Source of the DNA: Neoechinorhynchus agilis
Taxonomy: Eukaryota > Animalia > Acanthocephala
DNA length: 64,000 nt
Direction: 5' to 3'
Assembly: GCA_051530055.1 (NCBI GenBank)
Contig: CM121343.1
Span: forward strand, 2,698,389-2,762,388
The notes under the pieces are model-generated. The model saw only the letters and a list, made by a program, of their open reading frames with translations. It was not told the origin of the DNA and searched no databases. A program made the position numbers and the translations under genes. This document shows positions 35,240 through 47,300 of this stretch, piece by piece (positions within the stretch are counted from its first letter, which is position 1; each line of letters opens with the position of its first letter).

Positions 35240-37000
35240 TTCCTGCTTACCCCACAAAGCAGAGCCGCTATTTTAAAAAAATTCTTTAACAAAAAATTTA
35301 CTTTGATTCAAGAAAGTTTTTATTCCACAGGCAAACCTTGTCAACCCCACAAAGCAGAGCAGCTATTTCGCTACGAGGGGTGAGTCTCAAACTGATTGTT
35401 TGCAACCATTGACGGGGAACTGCTTGCTACCAGAATCTCCACACAAAAGATTAAGAGCTTATATGAAGTCTTCATCCAAAGTGTAATTCTCGCCAAGAAA
35501 ATACTGACCAATTGTGCGGTTTGCTTCGTACAATCTCAAATAAGCTGGCAGAGAAATATTGGCTGCTTTTCGGATACCCAAACCGTCGGACGACACATAA
35601 CACCAGGCCCCGTCCCATAGCTGAGTATTTAAAATGTTCTCGAGAGAGGCTTTCACCGTCTCGTCTAATTTTGCCAGTTTATCCTTATGTCTAAAAAAGA
35701 TGCTGGGGCAGCTTGTACAACAATTTTGGAATGATGAGGGTGCTCTTGATCAGGAACAGAGTTTCGTGTGAAAATAATTCATCAACTCGTTCGCACAGCA
35801 CTGAAAGTTGCGGTTGAAGATTGGCAATCTCGGCTTCAACATTAGAACCAAAGATGCAGCTTCCTAGAAGACTCGACCGGTCTAGAGTGATCAATTCTAT
35901 CCCGGGGGACCAAGTTCTGAAAATCCTTCACGATATTTTGCCTGTTCGCTTCATCTTCCACGTTCATCACCAAAATCTCGCATTTCGCAGCATTCAATGA
36001 AAAAGTTTCGCAATCGCACATCCAGGTACCAGCCATTGAAACTGGACTGAAGAGAGAGTGCAACGGGATTGACTGCGAGTGAGAAGGCTATTGTGTGGTT
36101 ATTGAACAACAAGGGAGTTGAATTCCCATAGGCATTAACGAAATAGCGAAATGCTTCTAATGCGTGATCTCAATCGACTTCGAGCAAATCTGCTCGGTAA
36201 ACTGTATTGAATGTATTTTTGAAATATCATTTCAAGATCACGCACCACGGCTTTGAGTTTCCGGTGATGAACGTGCGGAGTGAATGAACAATCGCCTCTG
36301 CGCCACAAGGTCTACGGCAGCCTAACTGAGTAAGGCGAAGCAGCATCCCTACTTTTTCCGCGATCCTTTTATTTAAAATTTTTGCTGTTAAGCAGCGCAG
36401 AGTTGTTCCAATTGCAATGGGACGAATCCCACCTTCCTTTTTTGTGATGGCACACAAAGATGAGCCGAAAAATAACTCAATTGCTTTCGGAATAAACTCT
36501 TTCCCCGCAAATTGGTCGATCAGGCGTGCCAATTCATCTTCAAGAGACTGAGCAGCTTCACCTACTGAAAAGGAAGTCATATCCTTTAGGTTTTGGGGCC
36601 GAAGCCTGTCAAGCCCACGAGCTGATCCTTTAGCAAAAGAAGAGATTGCCATCTTCACTTTTGATTTCGATGATAAAACATGAGGGATCGTATCGAAGAA
36701 TGAGGATTTCACGAAATACTGCCGACCGCAGTCAATGGGATGTTTGGGGCGAAGAGTTCGTAAAAAAATTCGTGCGAACTGCTCCTCTGACATCTCTGTC
36801 TGCGAATTTCGAAGAAACGTGCCTAGCAAGCGACCGATTTGATTTTCTGCAGTGGTCACGCCGTTAAAAGAGCTAATTCTCTCTTTTATTTTTGTGGTCA
36901 GAGATCCTTGAGGAACATCACCAGCAGAAAACACTAGTCTAGGAAACACAAAGAAACGCATCAACGCCAACTCTAAGTACAATCGATTTCCGATCTGGAT
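35240..37000 (-). mobile_element. Older degenerate CRE-clade retrotransposon fragment
   Basis: GSARGLDRLRPQNL, KKEGGIRPIAIG, QLG..GAEAIVH, DFKNTFN, FSLAVNPVAHSL, WYLDV and LIIPKLLYKL. The GVQQGDPLGP motif is deleted and no RLE is seen. Shares motifs with the copy at 11933. Confidence 0.85.
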
Positions 37001-38509
37001 TCGAGGACCTTTCTTACACAAACTTAAAATTGAATACACGATTATAATACTAAATGATAGCTAGAGATTAAAATCAAACGTCGGAATTGAAAGGGATGAG
37101 GGAGATTATCACTCCTATTCTGGAATAAGCCTTTTATTTAACGGATCCTATGAACAAGTCAGTTTATCAATGATTTTACGAATAAATGTGATAACATATA
37201 CTTGTTCATGGCGTTTGTTCATATTGTTTTAGACTGGCCGTTCTGAGCGCTTGAATTTCGCCACAAGGAGAAAATAATGAGTAATCGTCTGAAAACCAAA
37301 ATCAAGGTTAAATTGTTCACATCATGCCTATAAATATTGTCCGCATAATCTTAAGGTACTAAGTACTCCTAAATACGTTTTCACTCAGCGTTATTGATGA
37401 GTCGGTTTGTGGATTTATTCCAAATGCCGCTGTGTGAACCTTCGGCTGAAACCGATTTACGCCATGTTTCTAATGCTCTTTCTTTTACCATCTTCGCCGT
37501 TTTGTGGCTCAACGTTTGTCTGTCACTGATCATCCGTTAGAGCTGTGTACCGAGTTCAGTGGAATTCAAAACGCATTCGAGTTTTATAGTGGCGTTTGTG
37601 AAGCTCCTTTTACTTCCTTGTCGATCAAATTCTGCATGAGCGGAAAAGTTAGCATCCTTCTATTCTGGTCTTTTGCGCATTTCAAAACGTTTGGGGTTGT
37701 TAGTTGGCTATTATAATTCGGCTGTGGTCTTTTTTAGTTGCGATCCTCTCCTGTGGTCTCATTTTGATTCTTCATTTTGAAGCTGTTCTGTATTTTAAGC
37801 CCTAAATCCTTAGGTTTGAAGTGTGAGTACGGTGGCTCTATTAACAGGTTAGATGATTGTGAGCTGATATCGGTCGTCGACCTCTTGCTCTCTCGTCGTC
37901 GTCGACCCTCCGGATCAGTCATCAAATCTAAAGTGACCACGAGGACCCAGAAGTGCATGGGTCCTCCTCGTAAACAAAATAAAAAAACGCTAGGTGAATA
38001 AGCTTTTCGATTTTCTAAGAGGTGTTTAGCTCCAAGGATTGGTCGAATCGTTTTTAACCTTTCTTCATATTATAAGATGGTAGGACGCGAAATGTTTTCA
38101 AGAATAATTATAAGAACTTTAGCTGATCAGAATCCTCAGAGTGCCTTTTACGCTTTCGTTTTCATGTACTACTTTGGTTCCACAATAGTTGTCACATTTG
38201 ATGCATAAATTTTGTTTCACAATACTTGTCACATTTGATCAAACTTTTTTAGCCTCGCTTGTGTTAGGCCGGTTTTCAAAAGTAATTAGCCACTTAAAAA
38301 TAAGTGAATAAAAATTTGTGAGTTAGAAATAAGCGCTTTATCAATTTTATAGTAGTAACAATTATTTGCGTTATTAAATATTTAAAAAGCTTTTTGTCTT
38401 TTCCACGGCTTCGGTATTAAATTTTAAATTTATGGGGAGTCAACTTTCTCTTCGAGGTTTTTCTTTATATGAGTAATCTTATAAAAAAATTCGTTGGATA
38501 TCATGATGT

Positions 38510-39000
38510 TTTAATTTTCTAAAAACCGTTTAAAACTTACAAGTTTCACTAGATACCTGAGGTGCATGATTCGGCGGCTAATATTTTCCCTGTCCAATTG
38601 TCTAATTAAATCATCAATATTTTTAGTGACAATCTCATGTCGAAATGTTTGCATTGAATTTAACAAAAACATTAAGGATTGGACTTCTAAGAGATTGAGA
38701 TTCAATTGCAACCTTCTTTTACAAGTTCTTCTTGTAAAGCACAATCATCATTTGCTAAATGAGGCTTTGAAACAAAAATTCATGTATAGCTGGTAGAACA
38801 TATTTAATTATCATATTTCGATAGTTCCTATTGAAGTTTTCTTTAAAAGTGAATTGACAGATTCCACGTTTTTAGATGAACATTATCTTGGTCTTGCCAC
38901 CGTAACTGTTAAACATTACTTTAGTGGTGAAACTTTTACTTCTACATTGTCTGTAAGGTACTGACTCATCTAAAGAAACATAAAATGATTGAACAAAACC
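38510..39000 (-). mobile_element. Highly decayed Tc1-like DDE transposase relic
   Basis: Broken frames DESVP...TKVMFNSYGG, YRNMIIKYVLPAIHE, SQSLRSPILN and KNIDDLIRQL resemble the Tc1 catalytic and C-terminal segments. No TIRs found. Confidence 0.4.
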
Positions 39001-39659
39001 CCTCATTTCAGAAAAAACATTAGGTGGAAAATGTTGTAATCAAAACTGAGATCTATCGCTTTTGTTAACGCAGGTTGAACTTTTTAATAGAAGATGAAAC
39101 ACGTCTAAACACGCAAAGTCCTTACATTTACTGCAATTGATGAACTTCTTTGTGTTCTTTGATTTAGTTTTTAATTCTAGAGAAAAGTTTTTCTTTTGTG
39201 GCCCACAACATCCAGGCTTTCTAGATTCAACATTAAAAGCTCCAGTTCTCACAAACGCGATTTTGTTCTACGATGCACCTTGAAGTTTTACTGCTGCTTC
39301 ATTTATTTCGCCATAAAACATTTTTCAACATCTTTAGATAAATTAAAATAATAAAAATTTAGTTCTTTGAAACATTTGATAAAATTTTAACACGTTAAAC
39401 ATGTTTAAAAGTTTCGAAACGAACGACGAAACAACTTAAACATAGTGGGATGTTGTTGTGACCAACCATTTTTCAACATTCATTAAAAATTCTGCGGTGT
39501 TGAATCCAATGGCACCAACTCAATGACAAGATGTTGGAAAATGTAGACCGACGGATTGAGACATTCACATTTCTCTTTTAAAGACGAATAGAAAGTTCTT
39601 TTTTGTCGATGAATTTAAAATCGGTAGATAAACTTTGGAGTGAAGATTTAAAATTGGTT

Positions 39660-40040
39660 TTCAACCAATCATCTTTAGGTTTCGTAGGTTGTTTATGTTA
39701 ACATCAAGGCTACTCTTCAAACTTTTTTCTTTAGATAATTCTCTAAGTGTATTGTCCAAGAGCCAATTTTGCATAGATCTCTGAGTCCTCAATCCGTCAA
39801 ACCCAAATGTTGCCGAACTCAATTTCATAAAGGACGGGAATACATCGTAAACTTTGCGCTTTTTCATTGCGGACCAATTTGAGGGATATTTTATCCAAGT
39901 GACGTGTCAATTGTAAAGAAGATTGCAAAAATGGCTCTTGGACAATACACTTAGAGAATTATCTAAAGAAAAGTTTGAAGAGTAGCCTTGATGTGAACAT
40001 AAACAACCTACGAAACCTAACTGACGAAGATTGGTTGAAA
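39660..40040. repeat. ~115-bp inverted duplication (39660-39775 and 39922-40040)
   Basis: ggctcttggacaatacacttagagaattatctaaagaaaa.gtttgaagagtagccttgatgt.aacataaacaacctacgaaacct is present on both strands. Confidence 0.85.
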
Positions 40041-40814
40041 ATTACGATACTTGAAATAGAGAACAACACTCAGATTTAAAATTGGGTAGAAGATCGAGAC
40101 TTGAACAAGCTTTTGATGTTAAGCATTTTTGCATTTCATCTATTCTGAAAGCATTGGTAAGTTCCTTAGTTGGTTATTTTGGAATTCTAAAAGCTGGTCT
40201 AGCGATCAGGTCTTGTCAAAATTAAAATGAAACTAATCAACCGCGACAAGGGGTTATTTCTCTGTCAAAACTGAGACAAGAGTAACACAAGATTTTTGTT
40301 GGTCCAGAAACAATACACATCGGTGATCAAAATACAACACACGAAGGGTGGGCCAAGTGGATATCACTCATAAATCACTAAACTCCATCCCATCTTCATA
40401 TATAAGAAGGCAATCAACCATCTAAAATACGGGCGTTTTTATGGGAAAATAAAACGAAACCGGTACGGTAGGTTAACGACGAAAACGAACGAGACAGGTA
40501 AAATTAAGGGCCCGGGATGTCATGTTGGTAAGAGGTTGACGGTATGTAGAATTCGATATAGACTTTGACACGCCTTCTAACAATGATCGAGATTAAGAAT
40601 AGTGAGGAAAACGACGAACTTAGTTCTCACTGTCGCTAGTAAGGAAGAGGAGATGGAAAAATACCAAGTGGTTTTGTTTACCATATAATCGCGGGATAAC
40701 ATTAGAATTCCCGGATGAAAACTCTACGTGAACAGTTTTAAGCTGGTCCAATCGAGAACCAAAGTTTGGAATAGTTGGTGGCTTGTCTAAAATACTCAAA
40801 ATATTTTTCTTGAG

Positions 40815-41790
40815 TTTCAAGGCTATCGCACTTTAAGGAAACGCCTAAATCCGAGAGTAATGTAAACATTTTCTAGTTTCGAAGCCATCGCACTTTAAAG
40901 AAATGAACAAATCCAGGGCAAATGAAAATACTTTTCCAGAGTTTCAACGTCATCGCACTTTAAAGAAATGTTCAAATCCGAGGGAAATGTAAATACTTTT
41001 CCAGGGTTTCAAAGTTATCGCACTTTAAAGAAATGTTCAAATCCGAGGGAAATGTAAATACTTTTCCAGGGTTTCAAGGTTGCACTTTAAAGAAATGTTC
41101 AAATCCGAGGGAAATGTAAATATTTTCTAGAGTTTCAAGGTTGCACTTTAAAGAAATGTTCAAATCCGAGGGAAATGTAAATACTTTTCCAGGGTTTCAA
41201 AGTTATCGCACTTTAAAGAAATGTTCAAATCCGAGGGAAATGTAAATATTTTCTAGAGTTTCAAGGTTGCACTTTAAAGAAATGTTCAAATCCGAGGGAA
41301 ATGTAAATACTTTTCCAGGGTTTCAAGGTTGCACTTTAAAGAAATGTTCAAATCCGAGGGAAATGTAAATACTTTTCCAGGGTTTCAAAGTTATCGCACT
41401 TTAAAGAAATGTTCAAATCCGAGGGAAATGTAAATATTTTCTAGAGTTTCAAGGTTGCACTTTAAAGAAATGTTCAAATCCGAGGGAAATGTAAATACTT
41501 TTCCAGGGTTTCAAGGTTGCACTTTAAAGAAATGTTCAAATCCGAGGGAAATGTAAATACTTTTCCAGGGTTTCAAAGTTATCGCACTTTAAAGAAATGT
41601 TCAAATCCGAGGGAAATGTAAATATTTTCTAGAGTTTCAAGGTTGCACTTTAAAGAAATGTTCAAATCCGAGGGAAATGTAAATACTTTTCCAGGGTTTC
41701 AAGGTTGCACTTTAAAGAAATGTTCAAATCCGAGGGAAATGTAAATATTTTTCCAGGGTTTCAACGTCATCCCACTTTAAGGAGACGTTT
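40815..41790. repeat. 61/62/65-bp minisatellite with a 188-bp trimeric higher-order repeat
   Basis: gcactttaaag starts at 41143, 41208, 41269, 41331, 41396, 41457, 41519, 41584, 41645 and 41707 (steps of 65, 61, 62 repeated three times). Confidence 0.95.
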
Positions 41791-42094
41791 AAATCGAAGA
41801 AAATCTTGTAGAAATTTTTCTAGCGGTTGAGAAATCAGCATTCTCGATGGAGATCCCCGGAGAAATACTGTAAATCGTTTGTTTTGTGTAAAATTACAAA
41901 TAAAAACTGTTTCGGATAGCTGGAGACGTAGTAATCACCATGTCCAAAGGATTCAATAACTTAATTCAAATAATTTTTCAGTTGAAGATGTTTAATTTCA
42001 ATGACTATCGGGTGAACTGAGCTTACTTCTCGTTTTTAAGAAAGGTAATTTGTATTGATTTGAGCGTAAATTATAATTGGAGATTCCTAATCAA

Positions 42095-44332
42095 TACGGA
42101 TGATACATTCACTTCTCAGAAAGAATGTTTTAAAGTTTTTGTATAAAGAGGAAATTACAATGAGCTTCCTGGAGGGTTCAGTCACGGTCGTTTCGTGCAG
42201 TACCGAAAAAGTTTCTCTTGACCGACGGTGTCTTCAATTCTTGCAAATTGCTAAATCAATTTTTTATTACCGAGATTGTCTCAAATCCAAAAAGAAAGGC
42301 TTTTTGTTGTGATAATTTTCCTGTCGGGCGAAATAATGTTTGACAATGGATTTGGATTTCACAAAATCGTAGCTACAAAAGCGCTTTATACCCTCGATTC
42401 CTCAAATGATCTTTATTTCTAGAGAAGAAATTACAATGAACGTCCTGGAGGGTTCAGTTATGGTCGTTTCGTGCAGTACCGAAAAAGTTTCTCCTGACCG
42501 ACGGTGTCTTCAATTCTTGCAAATTGCTAAATTAATTTGTTTTTACCGAGATTGTCTCAAATCCAAAAAGAAAGGTTTTTGTGGTGATAATTTACCTGTC
42601 GGGCGAAATAATGTTTGACAATGGATTTGGATTTCACAAAATCGTAGCTACAAAAGCGCTTTATATGCTCGATTCCTCAAATGATCTTTATTTCTAGAGA
42701 AGAAATTACAATGAACTTCCTGGAGGGTTCAGTTATGGTCGTTTCGTGGAGTACCGAAAAAGTTTCTCCTGACCGACGGTGTCTTCAATTCTTACAAATT
42801 TCTAAATCAATTTGTTTTTACCGAGATTGTCTCAAATCCAAAAAGAAAGGTTTTTGTGGTGATAATTTTACCTGTCGGGCGAAATAATGTTTGACAATGG
42901 ATTTGGATTTCACAAAATCGTAGCTACAAAAGCGCTTTATATCCTCGATTCCTCAAATGATCTTTATTTCTAGAGAAGAAATTACAGTGAGCTTCCTGGA
43001 GGGTTCAGTTATGGTCGTTTCGTGGAGTACCGAAAAGGTTTCTTCTGACCGACGGTGTCTTCAATTCTTACAAATTTCTAAATCAATTTGTTTTTACCGA
43101 GATTGTCTCAAATCCAAAAAGAAAGGTTTTTGTGGTGATAATTTTCCTGTCGGGCGAAATAATGTTTGACAATGGATTTGGATTTCACAAAATCGTAGCT
43201 ACAAAAGCGCTTTATACCCTCGATTCCTCAAATGATCTTTATTTCTAGAGAAGAAATTACAATGAACTTCCTGGAGGGTTCAGTCACGGTCGTTTCGTGC
43301 AGTACCGAAAAAGTTTCTCCTGACCGACGGTGTCTTCAATTCTTACAAATTGCTAAATTAATTTGTTTTTACCGAGATTGTCTCAAATCCAAAAAGAAAG
43401 GTTTTTGTGGTGATAATTTTACCTGTCGGGCGAAATAATGTTTGACAATGGATTTGGATTTCACAAAATCGTAGCTACAAAAGCGCTTTATATCCTCGAT
43501 TCCTCAAATGATCTTTATTTCTAGAGAAGAAATTACAATGAACGTCCTGGAGGGTTCAGTTATGGTCGTTTCGTGGAGTACCGAAAAAGTTTCTCCTGAC
43601 CGACGGTGTCTTCAATTCTTACAAATTGCTAAATTAATTTGTTTTTACCGAGATTGTCTCAAATCCAAAAAGAAAGGTTTTTGTGGTGATAATTTTCCTA
43701 TCGGGCGAAATAATGTTTGACAATGGATTTGGATTTCACAAAATCGTAGCTACAAAAGCGCTTTATATCCTCGATTCCTCAAATGATCTTTATTTCTGGA
43801 GAAGAAATTACAGTGAGCTTGCTGGAGGGTTCAGTTATGGTCGTTTCGTGGAGTACCGAAAAGGTTTCTTCTGACCGACGGTGTCTTCAATTCTTACAAA
43901 TTTCTAAATCAATTTGTTTTTACCGAGATATTCTCAAATCCAAAAAGAAAGGTTTTTGTGGTGATAATTTTACCTGCCGGGCGAAATAATGTTTGACAAT
44001 GGATTTGGATTTCACAAAATCGTAGCTACAAAAGCGCTTTATACCCTCGATTCCTCAAATGATCTTTATTTCTAGAGAAGAAATTACAATGAACTTCCTG
44101 GAGGGTTCAGTCACGGTCGTTTCGTGCAGTACCGAAAAAGTTTCTCTTGACCGACGGTGTCTTCAATTCTTACAAATTGCTAAATTAATTTGTTTTTACC
44201 GAGATTGTCTCAAATCCAAAAAGAAAGGTTTTTGTGGTGATAATTTGCCTGTCGGGCGAAATAATGTTTAATAATGGATTTGGATTTCACAAAATCGTAG
44301 CTACAAAAGCGCTTTATATCCTCGATTCCTCA
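42095..44332. repeat. 275/276-bp satellite, ~8 copies, alternating unit length
   Basis: atgatctttatttct starts at 42406, 42681, 42957, 43232, 43508, 43783 and 44059. Confidence 0.95.
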
Positions 44333-44361
44333 ATTCATCTCTATTTTTAGATTTTATTCAA

Positions 44362-47300
44362 ATGTTTTGTCATCAGATCATCCCTGGTACCGTAAATCCT
44401 GGATTGTATATGCTAAGTGTTGGCAGCGTTCATGACTATTGTTTCGTTGTAAGTAATCAAAACTCACAAAATCGTTTGTACCTTTTTCTTTTAGGCTTAC
44501 GGTTCGGGCTGTAACCTTGTTATATTAGATTCAAATCTTGAGAGGATACAAACTATTCCCGGTACCACCGAAGCATCCATCAATGCCATTGCTTGCACCA
44601 CTGAAGGTGGTCAAATCGCCGTTTCTTATGGACTAACGGTCGCATTTTTTGCACCATCTAAAAGCTTCATCCGCTTAAAATCAAGTACGGGCAAAGTATG
44701 TAGATATTTGCAAACATCAGTCAATCCATTTTCAAAACTTTTTCGTCCTTGTTTCATGAAAGGTTAGTTATGAATGGGATTTAGTGGAGAAATTTTTTAC
44801 TGATTCACCCACAAAAGCAATCAGTTGGAGTCCCGATGGTATGCGTTTGTCTAGCACTCTTTTTGCCGTTTTAAAAATGCATTCGAGTCTCTTCCTTTGA
44901 TTTTTTTTAAGATGGCGAAGAGAGGATCATGTTTGAGCTTCTCTTTTAACTTTGTTAATAAATTTTTATTGCAGAAAGTAAAATCATTCTGGCATGTGGT
45001 CGACAAATTAAACTGTATCGGGAAGTGACAATAAACGAGCAGCAATCGGAACAAACGTCAATATTCTTTGTTGCTGATAGATGTGACATTAATGAACGTT
45101 CAGCTTCAACGAGATGGAAGTGTATTTTTACCAAACGATTGCCTTCTTCAATTGCTTTTGTTGTTTATAGTTCAACCGGTCGATTCTTCGCTACGTCTGG
45201 CGTTAGTGATTGCATTGTCCGTGTTTGGTACAATCACGGAAACGTATTCAGGGCTATTTTCCTTCCTCACTCGCATCCAGTTACATTTATATCATGGAGG
45301 CGTAATAGCAAATTCCTTTCTAAGACAGCCATTTCTGACTGTTTGTTGACTCAAGAAACAAACGGAGTTTGTCGTCTTTGGCGCAGTGCTGATTTGTCCA
45401 TCTTGACGGATAGTCGCGATCACATTGACCAGGAGAAGGAAATTGCAGGGTTCAATCTGCATCGGAAGACGAAACATGGCTTGAAAGGGAATCATATGTT
45501 GAAAAAGCTTTTAAAGTCGAAACATAACCGCACAGAGGATGAAATTTATCATTATAGACAACTACTTTCTCATTATTCTCATTATGGCACAAAGCGTAAA
45601 AAAGTGAATTTACATGAAACATTCTTTAATCGATTACGGCGATTAAGTAGTTTACTTCATGTGGATAAACGGCACTCGGACGTTCCAGAGCATTTGTCCG
45701 ATAGAAACTCTTATTTATCAAATGATCATTCTTCATCAATAGGCCGTGAGGATTCACGGCTGTCCATGCCGCATTATTTTATGCCTTTTAATAGCCGGAC
45801 TGTATAAGTTTTCAAATCTTACATTGTATCCGCTGATATGAAAATTTATGCGAAAATAAAACATTGACGGCTTTGATCAATAGAGATAGCGATGATGAAG
45901 ACAGTGATAAAGAAGGTACTAAGAAGCGGAATTTCCCATTGCCCCGTTTTTACATGTCAATCGGAATCGATATCGAAGAGGAACTAGGCTGCGTTGGTAT
46001 GAAGCATTTAAAGAATTTGCCATATATACACTGGTTAAATTTTAAGGATTTATCATTTACCTTAATTGCTGAATCTGCGTTGCTTGAAATTTATCGATCA
46101 TGCCATAAAAAGTTTCCGACCAGCACGGGTGCTTCATCTGACACTGAGGAGCATTTGGATGATGATAAATTTGATGGAGTTCATTTAGAAAAGAGGAGAA
46201 ATTTAACAATTATAAGGCGAGCGTTATCAGAGCTTGAGATTGTAGGAGATATAATTGAAAAAGAGGGTCCCGAAAAGCTGATCAATGATTGGACCGCTCA
46301 TGAGCACAATTTTCAAAGACTAATAAATAATCTCGATGAATTTCCCGATTTAATTTTTTGCATCAATCCATTAAACGGAAGTATGCATATATGGAGCATA
46401 GATTCATTGGATAATTTGTCTAGTTCCAAACTATCCAAACTGAGTCTCATTAATCAAATTCCCGACGTGATATCGATGTACGACGCCAGTTCTTTAGGTC
46501 GTTGCGTTTATGTTTACTATGAAATCGATTTTATTCTGAACAAAAGTCAATCTCGATTCAGCCAACATGAAGTCGTCCTTGAGTTAGTGATTCCTAACTC
46601 AATAAAAGTGATTACAAAACATGGAGATGAAGGCATTTTAAATCTTTGGAATGTCCAGTTGAATGCTGCCGCCCCTTTTTCGCCAAATAACGTTTCAATA
46701 TCTAACGTTGCTCACATTGGTCGACTTTGTGGTCATCGGTCTCAGCTTACTGAAGTGAGGTCACATCCTCTACTACCACTCATTCTGACCAGTAGCAATA
46801 GTTCGGATAATGAGAATGGCCTTATTGCTTGGCATGTACAACCAATATCGCCATTGGATATCGCGTCAACTGGTACATCAGGTGCAGGCGGTTTGGTTTC
46901 GCTTGATAAGATGAATACCCGGGAACGCAATGGATTTTCGTTGATTGCATGGTTCCTCGATACTCGAAAAACGTTTTCCTCCGATGGACCTTGCAATGAC
47001 GGACTCTTTACGGCTTTTGATGGAAATGAATTGAATATTTATTATGTAGCGTGCGCACCCAATCCCATCAAAGAAATGCTGGCATACGAAGATGATCTTG
47101 ACAATTCGCTTTTTGATAAATGTGGGCGTATATTGAAAATCGGGCCCGTCAATGACTCAAAGAAGTGTTGGTCGGATGCAAAACTGATGTTTGTCGTAAG
47201 TGAGAGATCTATTCCTAAAATTGACGATGCTCCAGAAATATACAATGCCAACTCATGGCAGAATTACATTATAATCGCCGAGCAGCTAAACAACGCTCAT

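Noticed and set aside
39040-39252. Cys cluster (CSKCKDFAC) as a piggyBac C-terminal domain
   Set aside because: The motif is incomplete and no piggyBac catalytic core or TTAA-flanked ends were found.
42100-44271. Repeated 68-70 aa ORFs (MIFISREEIT...) as a gene family
   Set aside because: They are a by-product of the 275/276-bp unit; the period is not a stable multiple of 3 and no domain is recognisable.
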